From Deltaproteobacteria bacterium UBA1386 (GTDB taxonomy: Bacteria; Desulfobacterota; Syntrophorhabdia; Syntrophorhabdales; Syntrophorhabdaceae): 64,000 nucleotides of DNA. Both the position numbers and the translations under genes were made by a program. This document shows positions 47,795-57,491 of the stretch, piece by piece. The notes below the pieces were generated by a model. It was not told the DNA's origin and ran no database searches. It saw only the letters and a program-made list of their open reading frames with translations. The first letter of the stretch is position 1. Each line of letters begins with the position of its first letter. The DNA lies in the NCBI GenBank assembly GCA_002305765.1, contig DBQU01000062.1, positions 27,859-91,858 on the forward strand, given 5' to 3'.

Positions 47795-47810
47795 TGTAAA
47801 ATAGTTTACA
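47795..47810. promoter_or_regulatory. Perfect palindrome TGTAAA-ATAG-TTTACA (TGTAA-N6-TTACA) in the divergent phosphatase / GpgS-like promoter region
   Basis: Read directly. It lies in the 81-bp gap between the divergent start codons at 47776 and 47858. Confidence 0.45.
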
Positions 47811-47857
47811 GATTTTCCACCGCTTCTCGGATAGAGTGCTAGACTACATTCCAGGAG

Positions 47858-49075
47858 GTGAGCATGTCCGACTTTTACCAGACAGGCGTTGTCCCCACGC
47901 TGCACAGACTGGGAAAGGACAATCTCGAGGAGATCGAATCGAGGCTCAGGCGATACGCTCAAGACAGGCCCATCGCACTCGTCCTTCCCTCCCTGTACAG
48001 CGAGCTTTCCGGCGCTGCACTCGGTGGGATCGTTGAAGAACTGAAAAAGGTTCAGTATATCAAGGAGATCGTCGTGACCCTGGGTCCCGCGTCGGACAGC
48101 GAGTTTCAGAACGCCCGGCGTTTCTTCTCCGCCCTCCCCCAGAAGGTGTGCGTCATATGGAACAATGGAAAGAGGATGAAGAAACTGTACCGGGCCATCG
48201 AGGCGGAAGACCTTCCCACGGGCCTCGAAGGCAAGGGCCGCTCCGTGTGGATGGCTTACGGCTACGTTTTGGCGCGGAGGGAGTTCAACGCCATTGCCCT
48301 GCACGATTGCGACATCCTCACCTATTCGCGCGACATGCTCGCGAGGCTCTGCTATCCCGTCACGAACCCCAGCCTCGACTACGATTTCTGCAAGGGCTTC
48401 TATACGAGAGTCACGGACAAGATGCACGGGAGGGTCACCCGGCTCCTCGTGACCCCCCTCATACGCGCCCTTGTCAAGATCATCGGATTTCACCCTCTCC
48501 TGGTCTTCTTCGACAGTTTCCGCTATATCCTGGCGGGCGAGTTCTCCATGGACGTGAACCTCGCCCGCATCAACAAGATTCCCGGCGACTGGGGCCTTGA
48601 GGTGGGAACACTCGCGGAGGTCTACAAAAATACCTCCATAAACCGCGTCTGCCAGGTCGACATCGCCGAGAACTACGAACACAAGCACCAGGAGCTTTCC
48701 CCCGAGGACGCCTCGAAAGGCCTCAACAAGATGTGCGTGGATATCTGCAAGTCCATATTCCGGACCCTGACCTCCGAGGGAATAGTCTTTTCCGACGGTT
48801 TTTTCAAGACACTCTTTGCCACCTATGCACGCACCGCACAGGACCACCTGAAGAGGTACGAGGATGACGCCTCCATCAACGGCCTGCGTTTCGACCGTCA
48901 CGAGGAAAGTCTCTCCGTGGAAACCTTCACGAAAGGCATCAAGACTGCCGCTGAGGTGATCATGAAAGACCCCCTGGGAGTTCCCCTCATCTCGAGCTGG
49001 GACAGGGTGACGGCGGCATTGCCCGACATACTCGACAGGATACGGGAGGCGGTCGAGGAGGATAACCGGTCCTGA
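47858..49075 (+). CDS. GT-A glycosyltransferase, candidate glucosyl-3-phosphoglycerate synthase (GpgS-like)
   Basis: 405 aa with AGGAGG RBS. The N-terminus MSDFYQTGVVPTLHRL and the HDCD acidic motif resemble the ~400-aa GpgS-type enzymes I recall. Divergently paired with the MpgP-family phosphatase. Confidence 0.55.
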   Translation: MSMSDFYQTGVVPTLHRLGKDNLEEIESRLRRYAQDRPIALVLPSLYSELSGAALGGIVEELKKVQYIKEIVVTLGPASDSEFQNARRFFSALPQKVCVIWNNGKRMKKLYRAIEAEDLPTGLEGKGRSVWMAYGYVLARREFNAIALHDCDILTYSRDMLARLCYPVTNPSLDYDFCKGFYTRVTDKMHGRVTRLLVTPLIRALVKIIGFHPLLVFFDSFRYILAGEFSMDVNLARINKIPGDWGLEVGTLAEVYKNTSINRVCQVDIAENYEHKHQELSPEDASKGLNKMCVDICKSIFRTLTSEGIVFSDGFFKTLFATYARTAQDHLKRYEDDASINGLRFDRHEESLSVETFTKGIKTAAEVIMKDPLGVPLISSWDRVTAALPDILDRIREAVEEDNRS

Positions 49076-49115
49076 AGAACGCGAGGCCGGCCGGGAAGGG
49101 GCCGAGGGAGGCAAG

Positions 49116-49376
49116 ATGCGTTTTCTCATACTTATCGCCTGCATCGTCATTGTCGTGGCCATTTTCTCCACCCAGAACTCGCAGCCGGTCTCCGTCTCCT
49201 TCTTCGTCTGGAACTTCCAGGCCTCTCTGGCCATCGTGGTCTTTCTCTCGGTCATATGCGGCCTGGTCCTCGGTGTGCTGGCGTCATTCTTCCTGGGGCT
49301 GACCAGGAAACGAAAAGCGGCGGCCGGGAAGGGGCCCGGAACAACCCCGGCGGAACCGGACGGGACCGGGTCGTGA
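49116..49376 (+). CDS. LapA-domain (DUF1049-like) small membrane protein
   Basis: 86 aa, two TM helices; block IFSTQNSQPVSVSFFVWNFQASLAIVVFLSVICGLVLG. Confidence 0.65.
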   Translation: MRFLILIACIVIVVAIFSTQNSQPVSVSFFVWNFQASLAIVVFLSVICGLVLGVLASFFLGLTRKRKAAAGKGPGTTPAEPDGTGS

Positions 49377-49409
49377 TCGCGGGTCTCCGGGACCGCGCTC
49401 ATCGGTGAG

Positions 49410-50105
49410 GTGAAACGTATGGAAGGACACGAAGAATTGGAGCGCCCTTTTGACTTCAGGCAGTGCATAAGCATAATAAAGTCAACGGGCGAGAAGGCGG
49501 CGGACCTCAAGGAATTGCGGGAGGTGATCGCCAGGGTAAGCGATGATTCCATATTCCATCACACGTACCAGTATTTCCTGAAGGAGCACATCCTGGAGTA
49601 CACCAACGATCTCGCACATTGGGCCGGGGAAAGCCTCGAGGAGAGGGCGCTGGCGGAGCAGCTGTCGAACATCGACCCTTATTCCTTTGGGTCCATCGCG
49701 GACCTTCGCGAAGCCCTCGTGGGGGTGATCGATTCCTACCTGGAAAGGTTCCCCGAGCCTCGCTATGCCCTTCCAGGAGACGAGTTCTTCTTCAACGAGA
49801 CGGTCACCTTCGTCTTCCCCGTCGGGGTCTACGCGAAAAACCTGGCCGAATTCCTTCTTGCCCTGAGATTCGTTGACAGCGGCAGCATCTACTACCATTT
49901 TTACGAGGCGCGCATGCGCGTTCCCGCCGGCACCGATGATTTCTCCCGGTGGGTCGATGAGGCGCTGGGAAAGAGGGAGTTGGCGGAAAAGATCAGGGCC
50001 ATCGACCCTTTCATGCACAATACAGAGGAGATACGGGCCTACATCGCCGGGATCGTCATGGAGGAAGTGAGCAGGGACATGGAAAAGACGGGGGTCCTGC
50101 CATGA
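49410..50105 (+). CDS. Uncharacterised protein with an internal two-fold repeat (possibly DUF5752-like)
   Basis: 231 aa. The two halves align: F.F....TG..A.DL.EL...V...SI.HH.Y...ND...W....L....LAE.L..IDP versus FFF....VG..A.NL.EF...VD.GSIYYHFYE...DDFS.W....L....LAE.I..IDP. ATGA overlap with treT. Confidence 0.6.
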   Translation: MKRMEGHEELERPFDFRQCISIIKSTGEKAADLKELREVIARVSDDSIFHHTYQYFLKEHILEYTNDLAHWAGESLEERALAEQLSNIDPYSFGSIADLREALVGVIDSYLERFPEPRYALPGDEFFFNETVTFVFPVGVYAKNLAEFLLALRFVDSGSIYYHFYEARMRVPAGTDDFSRWVDEALGKRELAEKIRAIDPFMHNTEEIRAYIAGIVMEEVSRDMEKTGVLP

Positions 50106-51313
50106 TAGGATCGTACGGCGGCATCTCTCCCCGGGGCGACCTCCTGCTTCTTCGAAAGTTGGCCGACCATCTGGCGGGAAAGACTTTCCTCCACATCAAT
50201 TCGACCCGTGAGGGCGGGGGAGTGGCGGAGATACTCCAGAGGATGATCCCCATCATGTCAAGCCTCGGGGTCAACGCGCGGTGGGACGTCATAACAGGCG
50301 ACCAAAGGTTCTTCGACATGACGAAGAAGGTGCACAACGCCCTCCAGGGATACACGGAAACCATCGATGACCGGATGTGGGAGCATCATTTCGAGATCAA
50401 TGAGGCAAACGCCTCCCACATGAACCTCGACGCAGACGCGGTGCTGATACATGACCCCCAGCCCCTTCCTCTGGTCACCTTCAGGAAGGAAGGCGTCTGG
50501 ATCTGGCGGTGCCACATAGACGTCTCCAACCCCCAGAGAGATGTGTTCGAAAAGATAGGGAAGTACGCCACGAAGTTCGACGCGGCCATCTACTCCGTTG
50601 CCCGATTTGCGGGCGCCATGGGCATCAACGAGTTCATCATACCCCCGTCGATCGACCCCCTGTCCGAGAAGAACAGGCAGCTCAGCGACGACGAGATCAA
50701 CGAGACAGCTCAGAAGCTCGGCATCCCCCGGGACCGACCGGTCATCCTCCAGGTATCCCGTTTCGACAGGTTCAAGGACCCCACCGGCGTCATCATGGCC
50801 TACCGCATGGTCAAGAAGTATAACGACTGCGTCCTCGTGCTGGCAGGCAGCCCGGCAACGGACGACCCCGAAGGAGCGGGGGTGCTGGAGGAGGTCCGGC
50901 GGTTCGCTTCGGACGATCCTGACATCCACATCCTCCTTCTCCCACCCTTCAGCGACAGGGACATCAACGCACTGCAGACCATCGCCAGCGTCATCCTCCA
51001 GAAATCGCTCAAAGAGGGTTTCGGCCTCACCGTCGCTGAAGGCATGTGGAAAGGCAAGCCCGTCATCGGAGGCGCGGCAGGAGGCATACCCCTGCAGATA
51101 GTTCACGGCGTGACGGGCTTTCTCGTTCATTCCATCGAGGGGTGCGCCTTCAGGATACGCCAGCTCCTCAACAACACGGAGATGGCCGCCAGCATGGGTG
51201 AACAGGCCCGCGAGTTCGTCCGCCAGAACTTCCTTATCACGAGACAGGTGCGGGATTACCTGGCGGTGTGGTACACGCTCCTCACGAACAAGAAGAGCCT
51301 CGTGGAACTGTAG
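50102..51313 (+). CDS. treT: Trehalose glycosyltransferring synthase (TreT, GT4)
   Basis: Blocks HINSTREGGGVAEIL, NARWDVITGD..FF..TKKVHNALQG, IHDPQP, WRCHID, PPSIDPLSEKN, QVSRFDRFKDP, KEGFGLTVAEGMWKGKPVIGG match archaeal TreT as I recall it. Confidence 0.8.
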   Translation: MIGSYGGISPRGDLLLLRKLADHLAGKTFLHINSTREGGGVAEILQRMIPIMSSLGVNARWDVITGDQRFFDMTKKVHNALQGYTETIDDRMWEHHFEINEANASHMNLDADAVLIHDPQPLPLVTFRKEGVWIWRCHIDVSNPQRDVFEKIGKYATKFDAAIYSVARFAGAMGINEFIIPPSIDPLSEKNRQLSDDEINETAQKLGIPRDRPVILQVSRFDRFKDPTGVIMAYRMVKKYNDCVLVLAGSPATDDPEGAGVLEEVRRFASDDPDIHILLLPPFSDRDINALQTIASVILQKSLKEGFGLTVAEGMWKGKPVIGGAAGGIPLQIVHGVTGFLVHSIEGCAFRIRQLLNNTEMAASMGEQAREFVRQNFLITRQVRDYLAVWYTLLTNKKSLVEL

Positions 51314-51362
51314 GGACGGGCCGCGGCTCGCGCCTCACGATCTTCTGCTATACTGGTGAGAG

Positions 51363-53222
51363 ATGAGAGTATTCGACAAGACGAGCGCGCCGGCGCATCT
51401 CGGAGCGGTGCCCTCCGCGGACGGATCGACATCCTTCCGGGTGTGGGCGCCTTTTGCGCGGACGGTGTCCGTGGACATGCTCCTGGGTCCCGGAGGGAGG
51501 CGGGAGCCCCTCACGCCTTCCGGGGGGAACTACTTCGAAGGAAAGGTGGACGGCGTCGGCGATGGCGACCTTTACCGGTATGTCATCGACGGAAGCTCCA
51601 CTTTTCCCGATCCCGCATCCCAATCGCAGCCGGAGGGGGTCCACGGCCCCTCGCGGATCGTGGACCACGCGTCGTTCCGATGGAGCGACGACGGATGGCG
51701 GGGCCGCGCCCTTGAGGAGTACATCATCTACGAGCTCCACGTGGGCACCTTCACGGAGCAGGGAACCTTCGAGGCCATTGTTGGCTGCCTTGATTATTTC
51801 AAGGACGTGGGTATCAATGCCATCGAGCTCATGCCCGTCAGCCAGTTCCCGGGCAGCCGGAACTGGGGATATGACGGCGCCTTTCCCTTCGCCCCCCACA
51901 ATACGTACGGAGGGCCCCGGGGGCTCAAGACCCTGGTGAACGCCTGTCACGAACAGGGCTTCGCTGTCGTTCTCGATGTGGTCTACAACCATCTCGGCCC
52001 CGAAGGCAATTACCTGGCAAACTTCGGGCCCTATTTCACGGACCGCCATCGGACGCCATGGGGCGAGGCCCTCAACTTCGACGGCCCCTTCAGCGACGAG
52101 GTGCGCAACTATTTCATTCGAAACGCCCTCGACTGGTTCGTACGGTACCACGTGGACGCCCTCAGGCTCGACGCCATACATGGGATATTCGACTTCAGCG
52201 CCAGGACCTTCCTGCAGGAGCTCTCGGAGACGGTGGGGTCCGCGCTGTCCGGCAATCCCCCCGCCTACCTCATTGCCGAGAGCGATCTCAACGACATCCG
52301 GATCATAACACCCCGGGAGAACGGCGGCATCGGCCTCGACGCCCAGTGGAACGACGATTTCCATCACGCCCTCCACACCCTTCTCACCGGGGAGAGACAG
52401 GGCTATTACCAGGATTTCGGCGATATCGAGAATCTGGCGAAGTCTTTCGCTGAAGGGTACGTATACACGGGCGAGTTCTCCTCCTACCGCGTAAGAAAAC
52501 ACGGAAGCCCGTCGAAACACAGGCCGGCCACGCAGTTCATCGTCTTCTCTCAGAATCACGACCAGGCGGGAAACAGGCCTGGCGGCGACCGCCTCGCCTC
52601 CCTCGTGGGTCACGACAGGCTTAAGGTCGCGGCGACAGCCGTCCTGCTGTCGCCGTACATCCCTCTTCTTTTCATGGGGGAAGAGTACGGCGAGACCTCT
52701 CCCTTCCTGTATTTCGTGGACCACGGTGACGAAAGGCTCATCGAGGCCGTAAGGACAGGGAGAACACGCGAATTCGCCTGGTTCCCGTCCATCGGAGAGA
52801 TACCCGACCCCCAAAGAGAGAAAACATTCCGTCTGTCGAGGATCGACAAGGTCTCCCGCTTCGAGGAGGCCCGTCGCCCACTCTTCGCATTTTACCGGCA
52901 CCTGACATCGTTGCGGCGCTCGCTCAGGCCCTGGCAGATGACAGGGGGCCGCCCTCTCGTCAGATGCTGGCCGGACAAGGGCACCCTCTTTGTCATGATG
53001 CCTCTTCCAGGGAATGATGTTTCCCTCTTTTTCAACTTCAGTGAAGAGAACGCGCACGTCGCATCGCCGCTCCACGAAGGCTCGTGGGCCGCGGTCTCCG
53101 ACACCCTTTCGACCCGTTGGGGCGGAAGCGGGGAAATAGCACCGCCCCGCATCTGCGGGAAGACCGGGACCGTCCTTTCCCTGGGGCCGCTCAACGCCGT
53201 CGCGTACAGGAGAGAGGGATGA
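51363..53222 (+). CDS. treZ: Malto-oligosyltrehalose trehalohydrolase (TreZ, GH13)
   Basis: 619 aa; FRVWAP N-domain, YELHVGTFT, GINAIELMPV, DVVYNH, LRLDAIH, AESDLND, QNHDQ. Confidence 0.85.
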   Translation: MRVFDKTSAPAHLGAVPSADGSTSFRVWAPFARTVSVDMLLGPGGRREPLTPSGGNYFEGKVDGVGDGDLYRYVIDGSSTFPDPASQSQPEGVHGPSRIVDHASFRWSDDGWRGRALEEYIIYELHVGTFTEQGTFEAIVGCLDYFKDVGINAIELMPVSQFPGSRNWGYDGAFPFAPHNTYGGPRGLKTLVNACHEQGFAVVLDVVYNHLGPEGNYLANFGPYFTDRHRTPWGEALNFDGPFSDEVRNYFIRNALDWFVRYHVDALRLDAIHGIFDFSARTFLQELSETVGSALSGNPPAYLIAESDLNDIRIITPRENGGIGLDAQWNDDFHHALHTLLTGERQGYYQDFGDIENLAKSFAEGYVYTGEFSSYRVRKHGSPSKHRPATQFIVFSQNHDQAGNRPGGDRLASLVGHDRLKVAATAVLLSPYIPLLFMGEEYGETSPFLYFVDHGDERLIEAVRTGRTREFAWFPSIGEIPDPQREKTFRLSRIDKVSRFEEARRPLFAFYRHLTSLRRSLRPWQMTGGRPLVRCWPDKGTLFVMMPLPGNDVSLFFNFSEENAHVASPLHEGSWAAVSDTLSTRWGGSGEIAPPRICGKTGTVLSLGPLNAVAYRREG

Positions 53223-53244
53223 TGGGGCATGAGGTGAGCTAGCC

Positions 53245-56235
53245 ATGGAAAGGCCCGTCTTTCGAAACCTCCGGATACCTCTTGCGACCTACCGGGTCCA
53301 GTTCAACCGGGATTTCCGGTTCACCGACGCGGTGAAGGTGATCCCCTACCTCAGGGAACTGGGTATCACCGACCTCTATGCATCCCCCTATTTTGCTGCC
53401 CGTCCCGGGAGCCTTCACGGATACGATATCACGGATCCCACCAGGATCAACCCGGAGATCGGCACCCGGGAAGATTACGATATCTTCGTGACGACCCTGC
53501 GGGAGCACGATATGGGACAGATCCTCGACATCGTTCCCAATCACATGTGCATCGACGGAGAGAACCGGTACTGGATGGATCTTCTGGAGAACGGACCGTC
53601 CTCCCCGTACAGCGGCTTCTTCGACATCGACTGGGACCCGGTCAAGGAGGAGCTGCATGGCAAGATCCTCCTGCCCTTTCTTGGCGACCAGTACGGCGTC
53701 GTTCTGGAGGACAGGCAGATACGGCTGGAATACAGGGACGGCTCATTCTTCGTCCTCCTCTACGAGATCAGGCTGCCTCTTCTTCCGGAGACGTACAGCG
53801 ACATCCTCTCCTTCGGGATCGATCACCTCGGGGAGAGGATCGGCGAAACGGCCGGTTACGAAGAACTGCTCAGCATAATCACGTCGGCAGGAAAACTGCC
53901 TTCGTACGTCGAAACGGACCCGGAAAGGGCAGCCGAGCGGACCCGCGAGAAAGAGATCGTGAAGAAACGGCTGAACGGTCTCTATCGAAGCGATGGGGAC
54001 ATACGGGCCTTCGTGGACAGGAACATCGCGGTCTTCAATGGCAACGAGGGTGACCCGAAGAGCTTCGACCTTCTTGACGGTTTGCTCTCGCGGCAGATCT
54101 ACCGGCTGTCCCACTGGCAGGTGGCGACGGAAGAGATCAACTACCGGAGGTTCTTCGACATCAACAGCCTAGCCGCCATCAGGGTCGAGGACCCGACGGT
54201 CTTTGATGAGACGCACCGCTTTGTTTTCGAACTCATCGAGGGCGGGTGTGTCACGGGCCTGAGGGTGGACCACCCCGATGGCCTCTATGACCCCTCCGAG
54301 TATTTCGACCGCCTCCAGCGGCGCTGCTTTGCGATAGCCATGAGATCGCACCTCGAGGAGGTCAGGGAGAACGTCGATCTCCCCTACGGCAGGTCTTATA
54401 TAGAACCCGCCATCTCGGAACGCTACGACGAGGCGTTGAGGACACATCGATACTTCAAGCCCTTTTACATCGTTGCAGAGAAGATACTCGGGAAGGGTGA
54501 GATCATGCCGGAGGAGTGGCCTCTATTCAGCACCACGGGATACGTGTTCCTGAACTCCTTAAACGGGCTCTTCGTCGACGGACGGAACGCGAAGGCCTTC
54601 GACACGCTTTACAGGCGGTTCACGGGAATGCAGACCGATTTCCAGGACGTGCTCTACGAGAACAAGAAGCTCGTCATGGAAGTCGCCATGTCGAGCGAGG
54701 TCAATACCCTGGGGCGCAGCCTGAACAGGATCACCGAGATGGACCGGCAAACGCGCGATTTCACTCTCAACAGCCTCATCAAGGTCATCATCGAGGTCAT
54801 AGCCTGCTTCCCGGTCTACAGAACCTACATAAACGGCCCCGACGTGAAGGAAAGGGACCGTCATTACATCGAACTCGCCCTGTCCCGGGCCATCAGGAAA
54901 AATCCCGCCCTCAACGAGTCGATCTTTCTCTTCATGAAACGTGTCCTGCTCCTGGAATTCTCCGCCGATATGGATGAAGAGATGCGCGGGACGTGGCTCA
55001 ATTTCGCGATGAAGTTCCAGCAGACGACCGGCCCTGTCATGGCAAAGGGTGTGGAGGACACAGCCTTCTATGTGTACAACCGGCTCGTGTCCCTCAACGA
55101 GGTCGGGGGCAGCCCGGACAGGTTCGGCACCTCGCCGGACACCTTTCACGGGCAGAATATCGAGCGCATCAAGAACTGGCCCTACGCCCTCATCACCTCC
55201 TCCACCCATGACACGAAGCGTAGCGAGGATGTGCGCGCAAGGATAAACGTGCTTTCCGAGATCCCCGGGGAATGGAGGGAGCATGTCGTCCTGTGGGCAA
55301 AGGTGAACCGGAAACGAAAGATGCTCGTCAACAACAGGAAGGTGCCTGACAGTAACGAGGAGTACCTTCTCTACCAGACGCTCGTCGGCAGTTGGCCTTT
55401 CGGCACGGTGAGCGACGATGAGTACGAGTCATACAAGGGACGGATCAAGGCGTACATGGCCAAGGCGGCAAAGGAAGCAAAGGTGAACACCAGCTGGATA
55501 AACCCTGACAGGATGTATGAGGAGGCGATGACGCTCTTTGTGGATTCCATCCTCGACAGAAGGAGGGACAACCCCTTTCTCGCTGACTTCGTCCCCTTTC
55601 AGCAGCGCGTGTCCCTCTTCGGCATGTACAATTCCGCGGCACAGACGCTTCTCAAGATATGTTCTCCCGGCGTACCCGACTTCTACCAGGGCACGGAGGT
55701 CTGGAACCTCAGCCTCGTCGACCCCGACAACAGGATGCCCGTCGACCACGGGCTTCGCATGCGCATGCTCGACGAGATGAAGGAACAGCTCTCCCGGCGC
55801 GACACCGCCGCATACGCGAAAGATTTGACAAGTTCCATGGAAGACGGCAGAATAAAGCTGTACATAACGTATAAGGCGCTCGGTCTTCGCCGGAAGATGA
55901 GAGAGGTCTTTGAGAAGGGTGAATACATTCCGCTGGAAGCGGCAGGAACCCGGTCGGAACACGTCATAGCCTTCGCGCGTCGTTTCCTCAATACGATGAT
56001 CATAGTGGTCGTTCCGAGGTTCGTGGCGAAGGTGCTGTCTTCGCCGGGCATGACCTTCGAGGACATGTGGGAGGATACGATGGTGATCGTTCCCGAAAGC
56101 TCGGAAGGAGCGACCTTCAGAAACGTCCTCACCGGCGAAGAACTGGCGCGAACCCGCCGGCAGGGGTTATCGGGACTTGCGTGTTCCGGGCTTTTCAGGA
56201 ATCTTCCTGTCGCGCTTCTCGAAACCGGTCGTTGA
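53245..56235 (+). CDS. treY: Malto-oligosyltrehalose synthase (TreY, GH13)
   Basis: 996 aa; N-terminus PLATYRVQFNRDFRFTDAVKVIPYLRELGITDLYASPYF...GSLHGYDITD; later GLRVDHPDGL and TSSTHDTKRSEDVRARI. Confidence 0.85.
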   Translation: MERPVFRNLRIPLATYRVQFNRDFRFTDAVKVIPYLRELGITDLYASPYFAARPGSLHGYDITDPTRINPEIGTREDYDIFVTTLREHDMGQILDIVPNHMCIDGENRYWMDLLENGPSSPYSGFFDIDWDPVKEELHGKILLPFLGDQYGVVLEDRQIRLEYRDGSFFVLLYEIRLPLLPETYSDILSFGIDHLGERIGETAGYEELLSIITSAGKLPSYVETDPERAAERTREKEIVKKRLNGLYRSDGDIRAFVDRNIAVFNGNEGDPKSFDLLDGLLSRQIYRLSHWQVATEEINYRRFFDINSLAAIRVEDPTVFDETHRFVFELIEGGCVTGLRVDHPDGLYDPSEYFDRLQRRCFAIAMRSHLEEVRENVDLPYGRSYIEPAISERYDEALRTHRYFKPFYIVAEKILGKGEIMPEEWPLFSTTGYVFLNSLNGLFVDGRNAKAFDTLYRRFTGMQTDFQDVLYENKKLVMEVAMSSEVNTLGRSLNRITEMDRQTRDFTLNSLIKVIIEVIACFPVYRTYINGPDVKERDRHYIELALSRAIRKNPALNESIFLFMKRVLLLEFSADMDEEMRGTWLNFAMKFQQTTGPVMAKGVEDTAFYVYNRLVSLNEVGGSPDRFGTSPDTFHGQNIERIKNWPYALITSSTHDTKRSEDVRARINVLSEIPGEWREHVVLWAKVNRKRKMLVNNRKVPDSNEEYLLYQTLVGSWPFGTVSDDEYESYKGRIKAYMAKAAKEAKVNTSWINPDRMYEEAMTLFVDSILDRRRDNPFLADFVPFQQRVSLFGMYNSAAQTLLKICSPGVPDFYQGTEVWNLSLVDPDNRMPVDHGLRMRMLDEMKEQLSRRDTAAYAKDLTSSMEDGRIKLYITYKALGLRRKMREVFEKGEYIPLEAAGTRSEHVIAFARRFLNTMIIVVVPRFVAKVLSSPGMTFEDMWEDTMVIVPESSEGATFRNVLTGEELARTRRQGLSGLACSGLFRNLPVALLETGR

Positions 56236-56258
56236 TCGACCGGGAAAGGAGTCGTCTC

Positions 56259-57491
56259 ATGGCACAGGTGCTCGCAATGATCCTCGCGGGAGGCAGGGTG
56301 GGCGAACTCGACGTGCTCACCTTCTACCGGCCCAAATCCGTCCTGCCTTACGGCGGGCTGTATCGCGTCATCGATTTCCCGATGAGCAACCTCATGCATT
56401 CCGACATCGAGAACGTGGGTATCCTGTCGCAGTACAGGCCCTTCGAATTGATCAGCCACATAGCGAACGGCGAACCCTGGGACATGACGGGAAGGCACCG
56501 CAGGGCGGTGATACTCCCGCCCTTTCAGGGCCGGGACGCCTCCGACTGGTACAAGGGAACGGCCGACGCCGTGTACCAGAACATCGACTTCATACGGATG
56601 AACGACCCCGGGATCGTCGTGGTCCTTTCCGGAGATCACATCTACCGAATGGACTATCGCAAGCTCATAGAGTTCCACCTGGAGAAGAACGCGGACCTGA
56701 CGGTCGCCTTCACGAAGGTCGTCCCCGAAGCCTCGTCCCGTTTCGGCCTTGCCTTCATAGAGGACGAGGACCCCCGGGGAGGAAGGGTCACTCAATACAG
56801 GGAGAAACCGAGAAACTCGAAACTGGAATGGGCGTCCCTTACCATTTACGTCTTCCGGACGGAACTGCTTGTCGCCGCCCTCGAGGAGAATGCCGCACAC
56901 TCCTCCCATGAGTTCGGTAAGGACATAATCCCCATGCTCATGGAAAACCACCGCGTTTACGGCTACAAGCACAGCGGTTACTGGGGGTACACCAGGACGA
57001 TAGGCGAATACTACCGGACGAGCATGGATGTCCTGGGGGACAAACCCAGGCTGGACATACGCTCCTGGCAGCTCAGGACCAACATGGCGGATAGAAGCAT
57101 CAGGGACCGGCAACCGGCCTTCGTCGGTCCTTCGGCCAGCGTCGAGGACGCCTTCTTCCATTGCGGTTGCGTCATCAAGGGCCGCGTGGCCCGCTCCATT
57201 CTCTTTCCAGGCGTGACCGTCGAGGAGGGAGCGGTCGTCGAGGATTCCATTCTCTTCTTCGATTCAGCCGTCCGCGGGGGGGCGCATGTCAAGCGCACCA
57301 TAGCGGATACCGGCTGCGTAATATCCGAACGGGCCGATGTCGGAGGCGCGGGCGACGACCTTGCCGTCATCGGTATGGGAACGGTCATTCCCGAAGGGGT
57401 CCGCATACGGGGCGGTGCCACGGTCCATCCCAAGCTCAAGGCCGACGCGTTCTCGAAGAAGGAGTATCTCAGCGGGGAGGTGGTCCAATGA
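56259..57491 (+). CDS. Glucose-1-phosphate adenylyltransferase-like subunit with a degenerate glycine-rich loop (GlgD-like, probably regulatory)
   Basis: ATG 56259 after AAAGGAG. The N-terminus ILAGGRVGELDVLT replaces the canonical GGxGxRL loop. The rest is GlgC-like, including the C-terminal LbH region. ATGA overlap with the next gene. Confidence 0.7.
   Translation: MAQVLAMILAGGRVGELDVLTFYRPKSVLPYGGLYRVIDFPMSNLMHSDIENVGILSQYRPFELISHIANGEPWDMTGRHRRAVILPPFQGRDASDWYKGTADAVYQNIDFIRMNDPGIVVVLSGDHIYRMDYRKLIEFHLEKNADLTVAFTKVVPEASSRFGLAFIEDEDPRGGRVTQYREKPRNSKLEWASLTIYVFRTELLVAALEENAAHSSHEFGKDIIPMLMENHRVYGYKHSGYWGYTRTIGEYYRTSMDVLGDKPRLDIRSWQLRTNMADRSIRDRQPAFVGPSASVEDAFFHCGCVIKGRVARSILFPGVTVEEGAVVEDSILFFDSAVRGGAHVKRTIADTGCVISERADVGGAGDDLAVIGMGTVIPEGVRIRGGATVHPKLKADAFSKKEYLSGEVVQ

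Noticed and set aside
47786-49552. 588-aa minus-strand ORF; similar long antisense ORFs at 51348..53246, 55683..57161, 13256..14752 (+), 14662..15789 (-), 21399..23255 (+) and 24791..25813 (+)
   Set aside because: Each lies opposite a gene with strong homology evidence (GpgS-like, TreZ, TreY/GlgD-like, YyaL-like, hydrolase, atpD, atpA). Each shows the same skewed, domain-free composition.
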